A stretch of DNA of 64,000 nt, from contig JBNQGE010000023.1 in the NCBI GenBank assembly GCA_050436805.1, positions 10,606-74,605 of the forward strand, given 5' to 3'. The notes under the pieces were generated by a model. The model was not told where the DNA came from, searched no databases, and saw only the letters and a program-made list of their open reading frames with translations. Within the stretch, counting starts at the first letter, position 1; the number at the start of each line of letters is the position of its first letter. This document shows positions 1-10,069 of this stretch, one piece after another. Both the position numbers and the translations under genes were made by a program. The stretch comes from Candidatus Saccharimonadota bacterium. GTDB lineage: Bacteria; Patescibacteriota; Saccharimonadia; Saccharimonadales; UBA4665.

Positions 1-2
1 GC

Positions 3-260
3 GTTCCATTCATTTACGAATTACAACCCGGCGTTACGTACTGTATTTCGACGTCATTCCCCAACGGCCACTACTCTGTCGACAGCAACTATTTCACGGC
101 ACCAATTACCGTTGGGTCAGTTACTTCGGTTGCCAATGGTAGTTTCTTTTCGAACGCAACTGGCCATATTCCAGACCAAGGCTCTGGCTCGACCAACTAC
201 TGGACGTTCTTTACTTGGGATGAGCCCGATGCCAACTGGACAATTCTCGGTCGATTCTAA
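3..260 (+). CDS. 3' fragment of a hypothetical (probably secreted) protein; 5' end lies outside the window
   Basis: The frame is open from the window edge to TAA at 258-260 (..GHYSVDSNYFTAPITVGSV..NYWTFFTWDEPDANWTILGRF*). A hairpin terminator follows. The ORF is absent from the track only because it has no start codon. Confidence 0.4.
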   Translation, partial: VPFIYELQPGVTYCISTSFPNGHYSVDSNYFTAPITVGSVTSVANGSFFSNATGHIPDQGSGSTNYWTFFTWDEPDANWTILGRF

Positions 261-280
261 TCCGACATTTTCTGTCATAC

Positions 281-315
281 AAAAAGCCTGGGATCAAAGA
301 TGCGCCAGGCTTTTT
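281..315. terminator. Bidirectional intrinsic terminator between convergent genes
   Basis: AAAAAGCCTGG-(13 nt)-CCAGGCTTTTT: a GC stem flanked by an A-run and a T-run. Confidence 0.6.
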
Positions 316-319
316 AGTT

Positions 320-1513
320 TTATCCGGTGTAGTCGGCGTTGTGCCCAACACCATCGCTCGGCCACCAGTATTGGCCGTCGAGGGAAGGGGCATAGTCGGG
401 GTCACCACTCCGAGCCTGCCAGCGGTTCCGACGCCACGTGTTGCCCTTCGCCGTACCTGCCATGGTGCTGTCGTAGTTTGGTGAACACGCCGTATTACCA
501 CCTAGCCCAATACCACTATATGCGCCATTGTTGACGTTAATAATCTCACCTGACGTAATATTGTCGGTTATTGTGCAGTTGGTATTGTTGGCGTCAGTGC
601 CGCCCGACCCGATAGAAAGTTGCAAGCCCCAGCCACTAATATAATTATTGGTGACAACTATGTCGTGATAGGACGTGCCCTGCAGTGCAATGGCATTTGT
701 GTTGCCCATTGAAGCAATGGTATTCTGGTGGATCAGGACATACCCATGGCCACCCGCACTATCGGGACCAATACCATCGTGGTGGAACAGGTTTGGAATG
801 CCTGATGTGCCCCATGGGTCTGCGTAGTCATGTATGTAATTGTTAGTGAAGGTATGGGGGTTGCTGGGGCCAACGTTGCCGCCACCAAACTGACAGCCAC
901 CGCCACAGCCCCACCATTCGCAGTGGTCTACAACAATCTGACCAGTCCCCAATTGGGTTTGGTAGGATGCGTTGGTTAGCGGACCTTCATAGGCATTGGC
1001 ATGACCACCACCATAGCTGACGGCGTTAATGCCAGTGGTGCTAGCCGAGGCACCGCTGACGTATCCCGGAGGAGTTGCGTAGGCCGAGGGTTTCCAGGTG
1101 CAATATTTGAAGGTAACTTTTGTGTTGAGATACATGTAGCAGCACCAGTCGCCCGTGCCGTCACCAAATTCGCATTCGAATAAACATCCTACAAAGGTTA
1201 TGTTGTCGCCACCGGTATAACCAATGCCGATTTTACCCTTAAAATGAGCGTAATAAATAGTCGTCCCACTGGTTGGGCTATAGTCTGTGAAGCCGGTGAA
1301 ACTCGTGCCGATAACCCCACCCGTAAAACTGCCCGGCCAGTTTGGCTCATTTGCATAGCCCGTATTGGTAGAGTCTGGCCAGTAACCCGAGCCGTCATTT
1401 GGACGAAAGTCGAGTGGGTTAGGGACGCCGCCACCTGAAGTATCACCCGCAGCCACGGCACCACGCCGCGCAAGGTGAATTCCGCTCACGCCAGGTCTCC
1501 GGCAAGTACCCAA
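320..1513 (-). CDS. Right-handed beta-helix (pectate-lyase-like) repeat protein; paralog of the C-terminal domain of 2504..5743
   Basis: It shares motifs with the 1079-aa protein: RPNDGS(G/S)YWPD, TFVGCLFE, KPS/VSYATPPG, TNNYIHD, HHDGIGP, NNYISGWG, TWRRN/TWRNN. Confidence 0.6.
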   Translation of the reverse strand: MGTCRRPGVSGIHLARRGAVAAGDTSGGGVPNPLDFRPNDGSGYWPDSTNTGYANEPNWPGSFTGGVIGTSFTGFTDYSPTSGTTIYYAHFKGKIGIGYTGGDNITFVGCLFECEFGDGTGDWCCYMYLNTKVTFKYCTWKPSAYATPPGYVSGASASTTGINAVSYGGGHANAYEGPLTNASYQTQLGTGQIVVDHCEWWGCGGGCQFGGGNVGPSNPHTFTNNYIHDYADPWGTSGIPNLFHHDGIGPDSAGGHGYVLIHQNTIASMGNTNAIALQGTSYHDIVVTNNYISGWGLQLSIGSGGTDANNTNCTITDNITSGEIINVNNGAYSGIGLGGNTACSPNYDSTMAGTAKGNTWRRNRWQARSGDPDYAPSLDGQYWWPSDGVGHNADYTG

Positions 1514-2055
1514 ACATTAATCGCGCGCTGCCGTAAGCTGATTGTGGCGTATTGGCCCGCAGTATTGAGTTTGCCCCCATCGGAAAGCAAGGTCACACCC
1601 ACGCCAGCTGCAATAGTAATTTGGCCCGATCCAAACTGAAAGACTTCGACAACGGTGCCGAGCGCAAAAGCAACGGTGCTATTGGGTGGAATCGTGAACG
1701 TTTGTGCCGAGGCGCTCGTTCCTTCAACACAAGTGCCAGCATCTGCCAGCACAAAGGTGTAGTTGCTGGCCTGAGTTGTTGCAGGGATTGTGGTATTGCC
1801 AGCGGCAACCGCCGCATCAACATAAGATTTATTCGCTACCTGGCTGGAAATTGTCGGTGCTGGAACTATAGGAGACGCGGTGAAGGTCTTGATACCGGCA
1901 ATTACTTCGTCACCAGCTGTATGCGCCAAGTTGGCCAGGGTACCATCGGAGCGAATCTTCAATATACCGTTAGAGCTAGCCTCAACCGACACAAAATCAT
2001 TTAAAATACTACCCCAGTTGCCATCATCACTACCAGGAACAGGAAGTCGCACCAT
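1486..2055 (-). CDS. Hypothetical protein with a tail-fibre-like N-terminus
   Basis: 189-aa ORF. The N-terminal PGSDDGNWGSILNDF motif resembles phage tail-fibre/surface-adhesin N-termini. It overlaps the downstream beta-helix gene by 28 nt, suggesting an operon. Confidence 0.45.
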   Translation of the reverse strand: MVRLPVPGSDDGNWGSILNDFVSVEASSNGILKIRSDGTLANLAHTAGDEVIAGIKTFTASPIVPAPTISSQVANKSYVDAAVAAGNTTIPATTQASNYTFVLADAGTCVEGTSASAQTFTIPPNSTVAFALGTVVEVFQFGSGQITIAAGVGVTLLSDGGKLNTAGQYATISLRQRAINVWVLAGDLA

Positions 2056-2123
2056 CTGTATAACACCAATTACGTTACCTTAAGCTTATGCACTATGGAT
2101 GGGAAATGCAACCACAGAATTAT

Positions 2124-2423
2124 CTAGGGTGAAGCGTACCACGAAAAGTCGCTTAAGCTCGTGGTAATGGTGTAAGCCGATTGGGCTGGGATATCGAGTA
2201 CGTCCCCGGGTTGTAGCGAAAAAGTTTGGTCGGCTACGGCTACCACCGCCGCGCCTTCAGCGCTCCACAGATGCGTTAGAGTGGAGACAGCGGGTACGGA
2301 TTGCGTATCATAACTTTCAAGATGGTGGCGCGTGGCCGTAATTTGCTTGGCCATCAGAAAATCAAGTAGTTCTTCTTCCGCAGATTCGTAGACCCGCGAC
2401 CAGCGATATTTTCTAGGGTTCAT
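2124..2423 (-). CDS. Small cupin-like hypothetical protein
   Basis: 99-aa ORF. The C-terminal beta-rich segment (FSLQPGDVLDIPAQSAYTI) is cupin-like. The assignment is weak. Confidence 0.35.
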   Translation of the reverse strand: MNPRKYRWSRVYESAEEELLDFLMAKQITATRHHLESYDTQSVPAVSTLTHLWSAEGAAVVAVADQTFSLQPGDVLDIPAQSAYTITTSLSDFSWYASP

Positions 2424-2503
2424 GATACCAAGTATGCCATAGCTTGCCCGGTAAGCGCCAATGCAAAAGACCAGTTGGTAGGACTGGTCTTTTGCGGTTT
2501 AGG

Positions 2504-5500
2504 TTAGTTTGTGTAATCGGTTCCGTGGCCTGCATCGTCGGTTGGCCATGCGTACATACCGTTATCGGTAGTGGGGTACGCCTTGTTGTCGTCATTTGCG
2601 CGAGCCTGGATAAGGTTATTGCGCCAGGTAGACCCGTGGCTCATTCCGCCCCAAATGTTTCCATACAAGAAACCGTAGAGTTGGCTCAGCTCAGCCGAGA
2701 ACACGTTACCGGTCACCGTGATGTTCGTAGCATTGTTCTGCGTGCCAAATGCTAACGCATATCCCCATCCAGAGATGTAGTTATTGGTGACGCTGATGTG
2801 ATCGTAAACGCCGCTACCTTGCAAAGCCAAACCGTTGGTATTGCCCAGCGTAGCAATCGTGTTGTGATCTACAATCATCGGACCACCATTGCCCTCGCTT
2901 TGAGGACCGATACCATCGTGATGGTAAACATTGTTAGCATTGTCGGCAGCATCATGAATGTAGTTGTTGGTCCATGTAGAGGGCTGGCCAGGGAAGCCAG
3001 TTACGATTTCCATACCTGCGTTACCCCAGATATCATTGTGGTCCATTGTTGCCACTGATTCTTGCATAGTTGTGGCAATTTGCCATGATTGGTTGAATGG
3101 CGTGCCAGGTGCAGTGTGTGATGAGGACACCGTGCCGTTGTTGCCCGGAGGCGTTGCATACGACACCGGCTTAAAGGTGGTGTAGAGGAATTTGATCTTA
3201 TCTGGAGTGTAGATCTGCACGAGGTTATCGTTAGGGTTTGTTCCTTCGAATAAACATCCCACGAAGGTCAGATTCTTACCAAAGATGCCGACTTTTCCGA
3301 CGAAATGTTTGTAGGAAATCACACTGTTGTCAGGGAAAGTGATGCCCATGTAGTTGTTGGCGCTCATACCTGGCTGCCAGTCAGTCAGCTGACCAGGGTA
3401 TGCAGGGACACCCGTGCCACCGGCGTTGGCAGGAGTATGCTTGTAGCCAGTATTTGAGAAGTCTGGCCAGTAACTCGAGCCATCATTTGGTCGGCTAGAG
3501 ATTGCTGAACCACCAGAAGTAGGAGGCGTAGGTACGGTAATATCTGGAGTCTTTACGGTTGCCGCAAACGACTGTGCTGAAGCATTGCCAGCACCGTCGT
3601 AGGCACTCACTGTGTACGTGTAGGAAGTGCTTGCAGAAACAGTTCCATCACCGAACGAAGTAGTTGTACTGACAGCGATCTTTGATCCGTCACGGTAAAT
3701 GGCGTAACCTGCAACGGCAACGTTATCGGTGCTTGGAGCCCATGTCAGATTAACTTGATTCTCATTAACTGCGGTTGCCAGTAAGCCCGTTGGAACATTT
3801 GGTGCAGTCGTGTCGGCGGGGTTTGGTGTCTTTACGCTCACGGCATTGCTAGCAGGTGAGGTATTGCCCGCAGCATCTTTTGCTTCTATGGTGTAGGTAT
3901 ACGTAGTGTTCGCTACTGCGCTCATGTCGCTATAGGTAGTGCTGGTGGTAGTTGCGATAACGGCGCTATTGCGGAGCACTAAGTAACTAGCGACGGCAAC
4001 GTTATCGGTGCTTGGAGCCCATGTCAGATTAACTTGCGTGGGGCTCTTGGCAGTCGCCGAAAGACCGTTCGGCGCACTCGGTGGCGTCTGGTCAGGGCTC
4101 GTGAGCGTCGAGGCAGCAGTTGTTGAACTAGGCGCACTCATATTTCCGGCAAGGTCGTATGCTTCGACGTAGTAGGAATACGTAGTACTTGAAGCTAAGC
4201 CAGTATCGCTGTAGGTAGTGCCAGTAACGGTGGCTACTTTGATGCCGTTTTGGAAGACAGCATATCCCGTAACTCCAACGTTATCGGTGCTTGCGTTCCA
4301 ACTTAGGTTGATCTGCGTAGAGCTGGTACTGGTTGCCGAAACGTTGGTTGGCACCGAAGGAGCGGTCGTGTCAGTGGTTGGTGGAGGCACAGGAGGACCG
4401 GTCGGCGCTGGCGTTGGTGTCGGAGTCGCAGTAGAAGGCAGAATCTCAATAGCTGCCATATTCCAACGATCACCAGTTGGGGCGGTGTCATTGAGCACTA
4501 CAGATGTGCTGCTGACCGGTGTTGCGGCCGCTTGGCGCTGTACCCAGTAAGTATCACCAACAGAGGCAAGTACCTGATCAACAAGTACTTGGCCCGATCC
4601 AGTCGTTCGTGCTACAGCATGATCGTAGTCGTTACCCGCAGCCCATACCCATGCACCGTTGCGCGTTGTGGTTAGTGATACTTTTGGTGTACCACTGGTA
4701 GCGTTTGCCGCAGCTATCGCACCGTTTGTCGTAACGTCAGCACCCTTGAAGGCCGTAACTACCATCGAACCAGTAAACGAGCCGGACAATGTGGCTTTAA
4801 CTGCAGTCGCAGATAAGTGCGTTGGTGCCACAGCTTGCCAAATTTCGGTCGTACCACCTTGAGCATTGCTTCGCTGGCGCAGTGTCCAGGTTAGCCCACC
4901 ACCAGTGATCGCATTAACGGTAGCACCCTTGGTGGTACTGGGACCATCAGTGGTAACAAATGCTACGAGCAATTCATTACTATCAGAAGTAGCCAACATG
5001 GGCGACGTAATTGTCGTTGACGCCCCGCTTGGGTGCGCTATTACTTGTTGGTCAACGCTCAAACTCGCAACCGTAGGTGGTGTTGGAGTTGGTGAAGGCG
5101 TTGGCGTCGGTGGTGTTGGAGTCTCCGGCTTAAAAACAACATCAACCCAATAGTTGGTCGCTTTCCAGCCATTGGTTGGAAACGCGCTCGCGCCGTAGGA
5201 GTACACACCATCGGAGCCGCTCACGCCATCAGCCAAAGTGTGCAGCGACACATTGCCGATCTGAGTTGTGAGGCCGTTCAGCGTATCTGAATAGTGACCT
5301 GTATTGGTATGGTACGACACGACATATACCGTGTTGGCCGTAATATTCACAGGGCTAGAAAAGGTGGCTTCTTGCCAACCAGTGCTTGACTCGGCCGTAA
5401 AGGTTACACTCGCCAGGCGAGTGCCGGTGCTGGACCAAAGACTACCCGTATGCGTGCCAGTGTTAGCGGCACTCTTGTAAAAGCGCACGCCCGTAATTGT

Positions 5501-5743
5501 GCCGGCGACATCACTTTTAAATTTGAGCCCAAGTTCGACTGCTTGACCGTCAGCTGAATCGATCTGTGCAGGCGTACCCGAACTGGCAAAAAGGCTAACC
5601 GTATCGCTGCTAGCAAAACTGTGCGTCAGTACTACTGCGCCTACAACCGCAAAAACTGCAACGAATACCACCAATGGTATGCGATTTTTTAGTCCAGTTG
5701 CAATAGACGTCCGGCTGAATGATTTACGAGAGAAAAGTGCCAT
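2504..5743 (-). CDS. Large cell-surface protein: N-terminal anchor, DUF4082-like domain, Pro/Thr linkers, 3 fibronectin type III repeats, C-terminal beta-helix domain
   Basis: 1079 aa. Elements in order:
- an N-terminal TM segment;
- a DUF4082-like block (ELGLKFKSDVAGTITGVRFYKSAANTGTHTGSLWS..NYWVDVVF);
- PTPTP linkers;
- three ~90-aa repeats with (L/W)(S/T)W..STDNVGV/AV.GY;
- a beta-helix tail paralogous to 320..1513. Confidence 0.8.
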   Translation of the reverse strand: MALFSRKSFSRTSIATGLKNRIPLVVFVAVFAVVGAVVLTHSFASSDTVSLFASSGTPAQIDSADGQAVELGLKFKSDVAGTITGVRFYKSAANTGTHTGSLWSSTGTRLASVTFTAESSTGWQEATFSSPVNITANTVYVVSYHTNTGHYSDTLNGLTTQIGNVSLHTLADGVSGSDGVYSYGASAFPTNGWKATNYWVDVVFKPETPTPPTPTPSPTPTPPTVASLSVDQQVIAHPSGASTTITSPMLATSDSNELLVAFVTTDGPSTTKGATVNAITGGGLTWTLRQRSNAQGGTTEIWQAVAPTHLSATAVKATLSGSFTGSMVVTAFKGADVTTNGAIAAANATSGTPKVSLTTTRNGAWVWAAGNDYDHAVARTTGSGQVLVDQVLASVGDTYWVQRQAAATPVSSTSVVLNDTAPTGDRWNMAAIEILPSTATPTPTPAPTGPPVPPPTTDTTAPSVPTNVSATSTSSTQINLSWNASTDNVGVTGYAVFQNGIKVATVTGTTYSDTGLASSTTYSYYVEAYDLAGNMSAPSSTTAASTLTSPDQTPPSAPNGLSATAKSPTQVNLTWAPSTDNVAVASYLVLRNSAVIATTTSTTYSDMSAVANTTYTYTIEAKDAAGNTSPASNAVSVKTPNPADTTAPNVPTGLLATAVNENQVNLTWAPSTDNVAVAGYAIYRDGSKIAVSTTTSFGDGTVSASTSYTYTVSAYDGAGNASAQSFAATVKTPDITVPTPPTSGGSAISSRPNDGSSYWPDFSNTGYKHTPANAGGTGVPAYPGQLTDWQPGMSANNYMGITFPDNSVISYKHFVGKVGIFGKNLTFVGCLFEGTNPNDNLVQIYTPDKIKFLYTTFKPVSYATPPGNNGTVSSSHTAPGTPFNQSWQIATTMQESVATMDHNDIWGNAGMEIVTGFPGQPSTWTNNYIHDAADNANNVYHHDGIGPQSEGNGGPMIVDHNTIATLGNTNGLALQGSGVYDHISVTNNYISGWGYALAFGTQNNATNITVTGNVFSAELSQLYGFLYGNIWGGMSHGSTWRNNLIQARANDDNKAYPTTDNGMYAWPTDDAGHGTDYTN

Positions 5744-5744
5744 A

Positions 5745-6113
5745 TTATTTTACCACCCCTATACTGCCATTATGTGTCGGCTGCGTATCATCGTGATAGG
5801 TGATGACACCCGTCTTGGTTGCCGTGTAAACATAGCTTCCGTCGGGCAAAATGGTTTTGGAATGTAAGCCGGGGACACTTGAATCGCTGGGATATGGGTT
5901 GCTAGCCACGGAATGTGGAGCTGAGTCGACATTCTTCCAGACAATTTGTGCCCCAGCCTTAACAACGACAGCATTTGGACTAAACCCACTGGCAGAAATC
6001 TGAATCTCTGTCTGATGGCCCGCAGCTTTGGTCGTAGATTTGTGAATTGCCACAAACCCAATCACGCCGACAACGACGACTAAGACCCCTGATGCAAGGA
6101 ACATTCTCTTCAT
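5745..6113 (-). CDS. Membrane-anchored cupredoxin-like protein
   Basis: N-terminal TM helix, then EIQISASGFSPNAVVVKAGAQIVWKNVDSAPHSV, a plastocyanin/cupredoxin-type pattern. Confidence 0.5.
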   Translation of the reverse strand: MKRMFLASGVLVVVVGVIGFVAIHKSTTKAAGHQTEIQISASGFSPNAVVVKAGAQIVWKNVDSAPHSVASNPYPSDSSVPGLHSKTILPDGSYVYTATKTGVITYHDDTQPTHNGSIGVVK

Positions 6114-6192
6114 ACTATTAAATCCCGCTTAAGCTTTACTTACGAGTATAGGGTACCGCTCGCTTAGCACAAAGGACTTTCTACCATAATGA

Positions 6193-7125
6193 CTATCGAA
6201 ACGCGCAGGCCATGTTCGTAGCCAAGGATCCCAGTGTGCCGCCATCGATAACGAGCGCCTGAGTTACCCAATATTCGTGGCTTGAACCTGTGAGATTCAC
6301 GTCGAATTGCGTATTAATTTCGCTGAGCGTCTCTGCCCGTGACGTAACACCTGTTACCACGCCGAATTGCTGGCCAGCCGCGTTAAGCGCCGGACCACCG
6401 CTGTTGCCAGGAACCGTATGATTTGGTGTATCTGGCTCGATAAGAATCGCAAGTTTATTGTGCTGCGCAACGTATTCAGCAACGGTAGAATTTGAAACAA
6501 ATTTTCCGCCTTTGTAGGTGGTACATCGCGTAGAGGCAATAGCACCAACATCGGGTGTGCCGCTCGCCAGCGGAATTGCAGGAAACGCGTTTCGGGCAGT
6601 ACGACTATTTTTGGCGCGCAGGACGGACACATCGTCACTCGAGCTAACACCTTCGCTCGGCGTGTATTTTGTGCCAGCACCTGCAAGCGGGATAGCAGTA
6701 CCCGTCGCTGAGATCAGATGAGATATAGCCGTATTGCAGTTGATAGGGTGCCCCGGTTCACCCTTAACAGGGTGGCCAGCAGACACAATCCATGAACTGC
6801 TGCCAGCTACAATGCGTTCAGCCGTCGCAGCTACATTTGTAGTAGCTCCTGCAGGCAAAACCTCGATAGTTCCAATATGAGCAGCCGCGATTACGTTTGG
6901 CAGAGAATGTCCCGCAACCGTATCAAGAGCCGTAATACTTATTGGCGCCTTTTTTGCCTGATCTGCAGGAGTGCAGCCCGCAAGCAGCAAGCTCGTGGCG
7001 GCCAGAGCGCCAACACCAATTACGAGTGACTTTTTAGAAACACGTTCACTGACACAACTCGATGGGATAGATTCATGTGTTTTGTTCATAACCGTTACGA
7101 TACACCCGCCCGCTGCATCCGACAA
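6193..7125 (-). CDS. Trypsin-like (S1 family) serine protease, membrane- or lipid-anchored
   Basis: GNSGGP active-site motif, AAH His region, and an N-terminal hydrophobic segment ending in ..LLAGC (lipobox-like). An alternative start is ATG at 7089. Confidence 0.65.
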   Translation of the reverse strand: MSDAAGGCIVTVMNKTHESIPSSCVSERVSKKSLVIGVGALAATSLLLAGCTPADQAKKAPISITALDTVAGHSLPNVIAAAHIGTIEVLPAGATTNVAATAERIVAGSSSWIVSAGHPVKGEPGHPINCNTAISHLISATGTAIPLAGAGTKYTPSEGVSSSDDVSVLRAKNSRTARNAFPAIPLASGTPDVGAIASTRCTTYKGGKFVSNSTVAEYVAQHNKLAILIEPDTPNHTVPGNSGGPALNAAGQQFGVVTGVTSRAETLSEINTQFDVNLTGSSHEYWVTQALVIDGGTLGSLATNMACAFR

Positions 7126-7134
7126 GCACAGGCA

Positions 7135-8184
7135 TTAGGTGTGGGTGGTGCGCAATTTGCGGCGCTGTTCGGCACGATCGATCGCCAGCAGTAAAAGTTG
7201 CGTAATAAGATCAGTGTACGAAATGCCGCTCGCTTCCCACATTTGCGGATACATGCTAAATCTCGTAAAACCAGGAATTGTGTTAATTTCATTAATAATC
7301 ACTTCGCCCTCAGGTGTTACGAAGGTGTCGACGCGCGACATGCCCTCGCAACCCATAACTTTGTACGCCTGGAGCGCCAGCGCCTGTACGCTTCGGGCCA
7401 CGTCGTCGGGTATGTTGGCTGGTATTTCCAGGACGGTATTGTCTTCGTCCTGGTATTTTGCCTCGTAGGTGTAGAAGTTTGCTTTAGGGATAATGCGCCC
7501 CAGACGCGCGGCTTTGGGGGACTCGTTACCGAGCACAGCACACTCAACTTCATCACCTACAATAGCTTTTTCGATAAGTATTTTACGGTCGTATTGGAAT
7601 GCATCGTCGATGGCATGCAACAGATCTTCTTGCCGCTCAACCTTACTGACACCAATGGATGAACCCATGTCTGCGGGCTTAACAAAAAGCGGCAAACCCA
7701 GCGCTTGCACGGTCGCAGCCACGTCGATAGTGGGTCGATCAACGGCAGCGACTGTTATCCAGTCGGCAACTGCGATGCCGGCAGCGCGCAACAGTCGTTT
7801 GGCAATATCCTTGTCCATGTTGGCGGCCGAGCTCATCACCCCACAACCAACGTAGGGAATACCCGCCAGTTCGAGCAGACCTTGCAGGGTACCATCTTCA
7901 CCGAGCGGGCCGTGCAAAATAGGGAAGGCCACATCAATACCTGTCAACAGATCTAAATCAAGATGATTTGGCCGTACCGGCGCGCCATCAAGCATATCCG
8001 GGTCGCTCAAACGATGCCATCCGCCTTGGGCGTCGATGCCGATTAGCACCGCTTCAAAACGATCGACGTCAAGCGCGGCGATAACATTCTTGGCCGACAG
8101 AACTGATATCTCGTGCTCGGCGGATTTACCACCGAACAAAATACCGACGCGAAGTTTGGTAGATTGCTCGTGATCATGTTTCAT
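7135..8184 (-). CDS. ddl: D-alanine--D-alanine ligase
   Basis: 349 aa. Typical Ddl N-terminus (RVGILFGGKSAEHEISVLSA) and ATP-grasp motifs throughout (..EINTIPGFT..). Confidence 0.9.
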   Translation of the reverse strand: MKHDHEQSTKLRVGILFGGKSAEHEISVLSAKNVIAALDVDRFEAVLIGIDAQGGWHRLSDPDMLDGAPVRPNHLDLDLLTGIDVAFPILHGPLGEDGTLQGLLELAGIPYVGCGVMSSAANMDKDIAKRLLRAAGIAVADWITVAAVDRPTIDVAATVQALGLPLFVKPADMGSSIGVSKVERQEDLLHAIDDAFQYDRKILIEKAIVGDEVECAVLGNESPKAARLGRIIPKANFYTYEAKYQDEDNTVLEIPANIPDDVARSVQALALQAYKVMGCEGMSRVDTFVTPEGEVIINEINTIPGFTRFSMYPQMWEASGISYTDLITQLLLLAIDRAEQRRKLRTTHT

Positions 8185-8239
8185 GACTTTAGTGTACGGC
8201 AGAGTGCTACAATTCTAAATCATTATTTAATACCAAGCC

Positions 8240-10069
8240 TTAACCCTCATCGATAAAACCACCACTTTGGTGCGCCCATAACGATGCATACAGGCCTTTG
8301 TGCCGGACGAGCTCTGCGTGTGTGCCGTCTTCGACAATCTGCCCATTATCAAGCACAATAATCCGATCCATTTTTTGAATAGTACTCAGGCGATGAGCGA
8401 TAACAATTGATGTCCGGCTTTTCATTAGTTCGTCGAGGGATGCCTGGATATAGTGCTCGCTCTCGCTGTCCAGGGCGCTGGTGGCCTCATCGAAAATCAG
8501 AATCGGGGCATCTTTGACAATCGCTCGGGCAATCGCCACGCGTTGCCGTTGGCCACCGCTTAGCTTGACACCACGCTCGCCAACTTTAGTGTCCAAGCCT
8601 TCGGGCAGGTTCTGCAATAGCTCACTAATGTGCGCTTTTTGGATAGCGTGCTTGATATTTTTAACGCTAGTTTGTGGCTTGGCGTAGGCAATATTCTCAC
8701 GGATTGACCTATGAAATAAATGAGAATCTTGGGGTACGTACGAAATGGCCTGCCTGAGCGAAGCTTTCGTTACCGTACTGATATCCTGGCCATCGATAGC
8801 AATGGCGCCGCCAGAAATATCTGCAAAACGCAATAGTAGCTGCGTGAGCGTGGTTTTGCCGCCGCCGCTCCGGCCAACAACTCCCACACGCTGACCGGCT
8901 GGAATATGCAGGGTAAGATGATCAAAAATCGGTTCGGCGTCTGGTTCATAGCGATAGGTCACATCTTTGAGGTCGACCACGCCGCCGCGCACAACAAGCT
9001 TTTTGGCAGTTGGCGCATCAAGCACCGTTGGCGCTGCCATAAGTATTTCGCTAATTGGCGCGGCATCCATTAGGGCGCCTTGGTAGGTTTGGACCATCGG
9101 CCCAAGCTCCACCAGCGCTCCGCTCAAACGCTGCAAATACGAAATTGCAAACACGACCAGACCCAAGCTAATCCTTCCGGACACCGCCAGCCATGCCGCG
9201 AGTCCAATGCCCACCACTTGCAACGTATTGATACTCCCAACCAGCTGAACGTAGTGCCGGCCAAACAGACTTATATTACGCTGGGCCGCTTGGCGCCACA
9301 CGTCCTGAACGCGCTCCAGTGATCGCTTTTCATATGCTTCTCCGGCAAATATTTGCACGGCAGCATGATTACTAATAACATCGCCTACGAACCCGTTGAG
9401 CCGATTGCCAGCATCCTTGCGAGCACGCCTGTAAGCCGACCTACTGCGCGAATCACGAAGCGTTTTAAAGGCAATTGCCACTACCATCACCAAAAACATA
9501 GCAGCCAACAACGGCGACTGCACAGCAATTACAAAAATGCCGGCCACCAGTGGCAAAACCAGATTGATGCTCCGCTGAAAAACGTCCTGAACCGTAGCAT
9601 ACCCATTGGTAAAAGCAATGACATTTCCGGTAAGTGATCCGCCCATAGCATTGGCATAGAACGCAGCGCTCTCGTAAAGCAAGCGATGCATAACCGTACT
9701 ACGGAGATAGTTCTGGGTTGGTGAGTCGAGTCGGGCAAAGCCGCGCAAACCAATTGCATTGCTCAAAGTCCCAACTAACACCGTAATTGCCGCTATTATA
9801 AGTGTCGACAGCAAACTACCACCCCAGACTAATGGCTGGCGCATGCCAACGAGGTCGATGGCATGCGCCAACATATAGGGTAGCGCCGTCCCAAAGCACA
9901 ATGCCGTACACGAAAACCCAGCAAGCACCACCAGTGCGGGGCCCTTGTGTTGGCGTACAGCCTTCGCATACTGCTGCATCGTGTATCGCTGCGTCGCCGC
10001 ATCTTTTTGCCCATCCGTAGCACGATGAATTTCTTGTTTTCTTACACCACGCCAAAAACGTACCGCCAT
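8240..10069 (-). CDS. ABC transporter, fused permease/ATPase (MsbA/exporter type)
   Basis: A six-TM N-terminal half followed by Walker A GRSGGGKTT, signature LSGGQRQR and Walker B ILIFDEATSALD. There is no C39 peptidase domain. Confidence 0.85.
   Translation of the reverse strand: MAVRFWRGVRKQEIHRATDGQKDAATQRYTMQQYAKAVRQHKGPALVVLAGFSCTALCFGTALPYMLAHAIDLVGMRQPLVWGGSLLSTLIIAAITVLVGTLSNAIGLRGFARLDSPTQNYLRSTVMHRLLYESAAFYANAMGGSLTGNVIAFTNGYATVQDVFQRSINLVLPLVAGIFVIAVQSPLLAAMFLVMVVAIAFKTLRDSRSRSAYRRARKDAGNRLNGFVGDVISNHAAVQIFAGEAYEKRSLERVQDVWRQAAQRNISLFGRHYVQLVGSINTLQVVGIGLAAWLAVSGRISLGLVVFAISYLQRLSGALVELGPMVQTYQGALMDAAPISEILMAAPTVLDAPTAKKLVVRGGVVDLKDVTYRYEPDAEPIFDHLTLHIPAGQRVGVVGRSGGGKTTLTQLLLRFADISGGAIAIDGQDISTVTKASLRQAISYVPQDSHLFHRSIRENIAYAKPQTSVKNIKHAIQKAHISELLQNLPEGLDTKVGERGVKLSGGQRQRVAIARAIVKDAPILIFDEATSALDSESEHYIQASLDELMKSRTSIVIAHRLSTIQKMDRIIVLDNGQIVEDGTHAELVRHKGLYASLWAHQSGGFIDEG

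Noticed and set aside
112-534. ORFs 112..534 (+) and 211..501 (-) at the window start.
   Set aside because: They overlap the better-supported partial gene (3..260), the terminator and the 3' end of the beta-helix gene. Their composition is Arg/Ser/Cys-rich and they have no SD.
3540-4380. Near-identical ~45-nt DNA repeats spaced ~280 nt apart, which could be mistaken for a CRISPR-like or minisatellite array.
   Set aside because: They lie in frame inside one long ORF and correspond to successive fibronectin type III domains.
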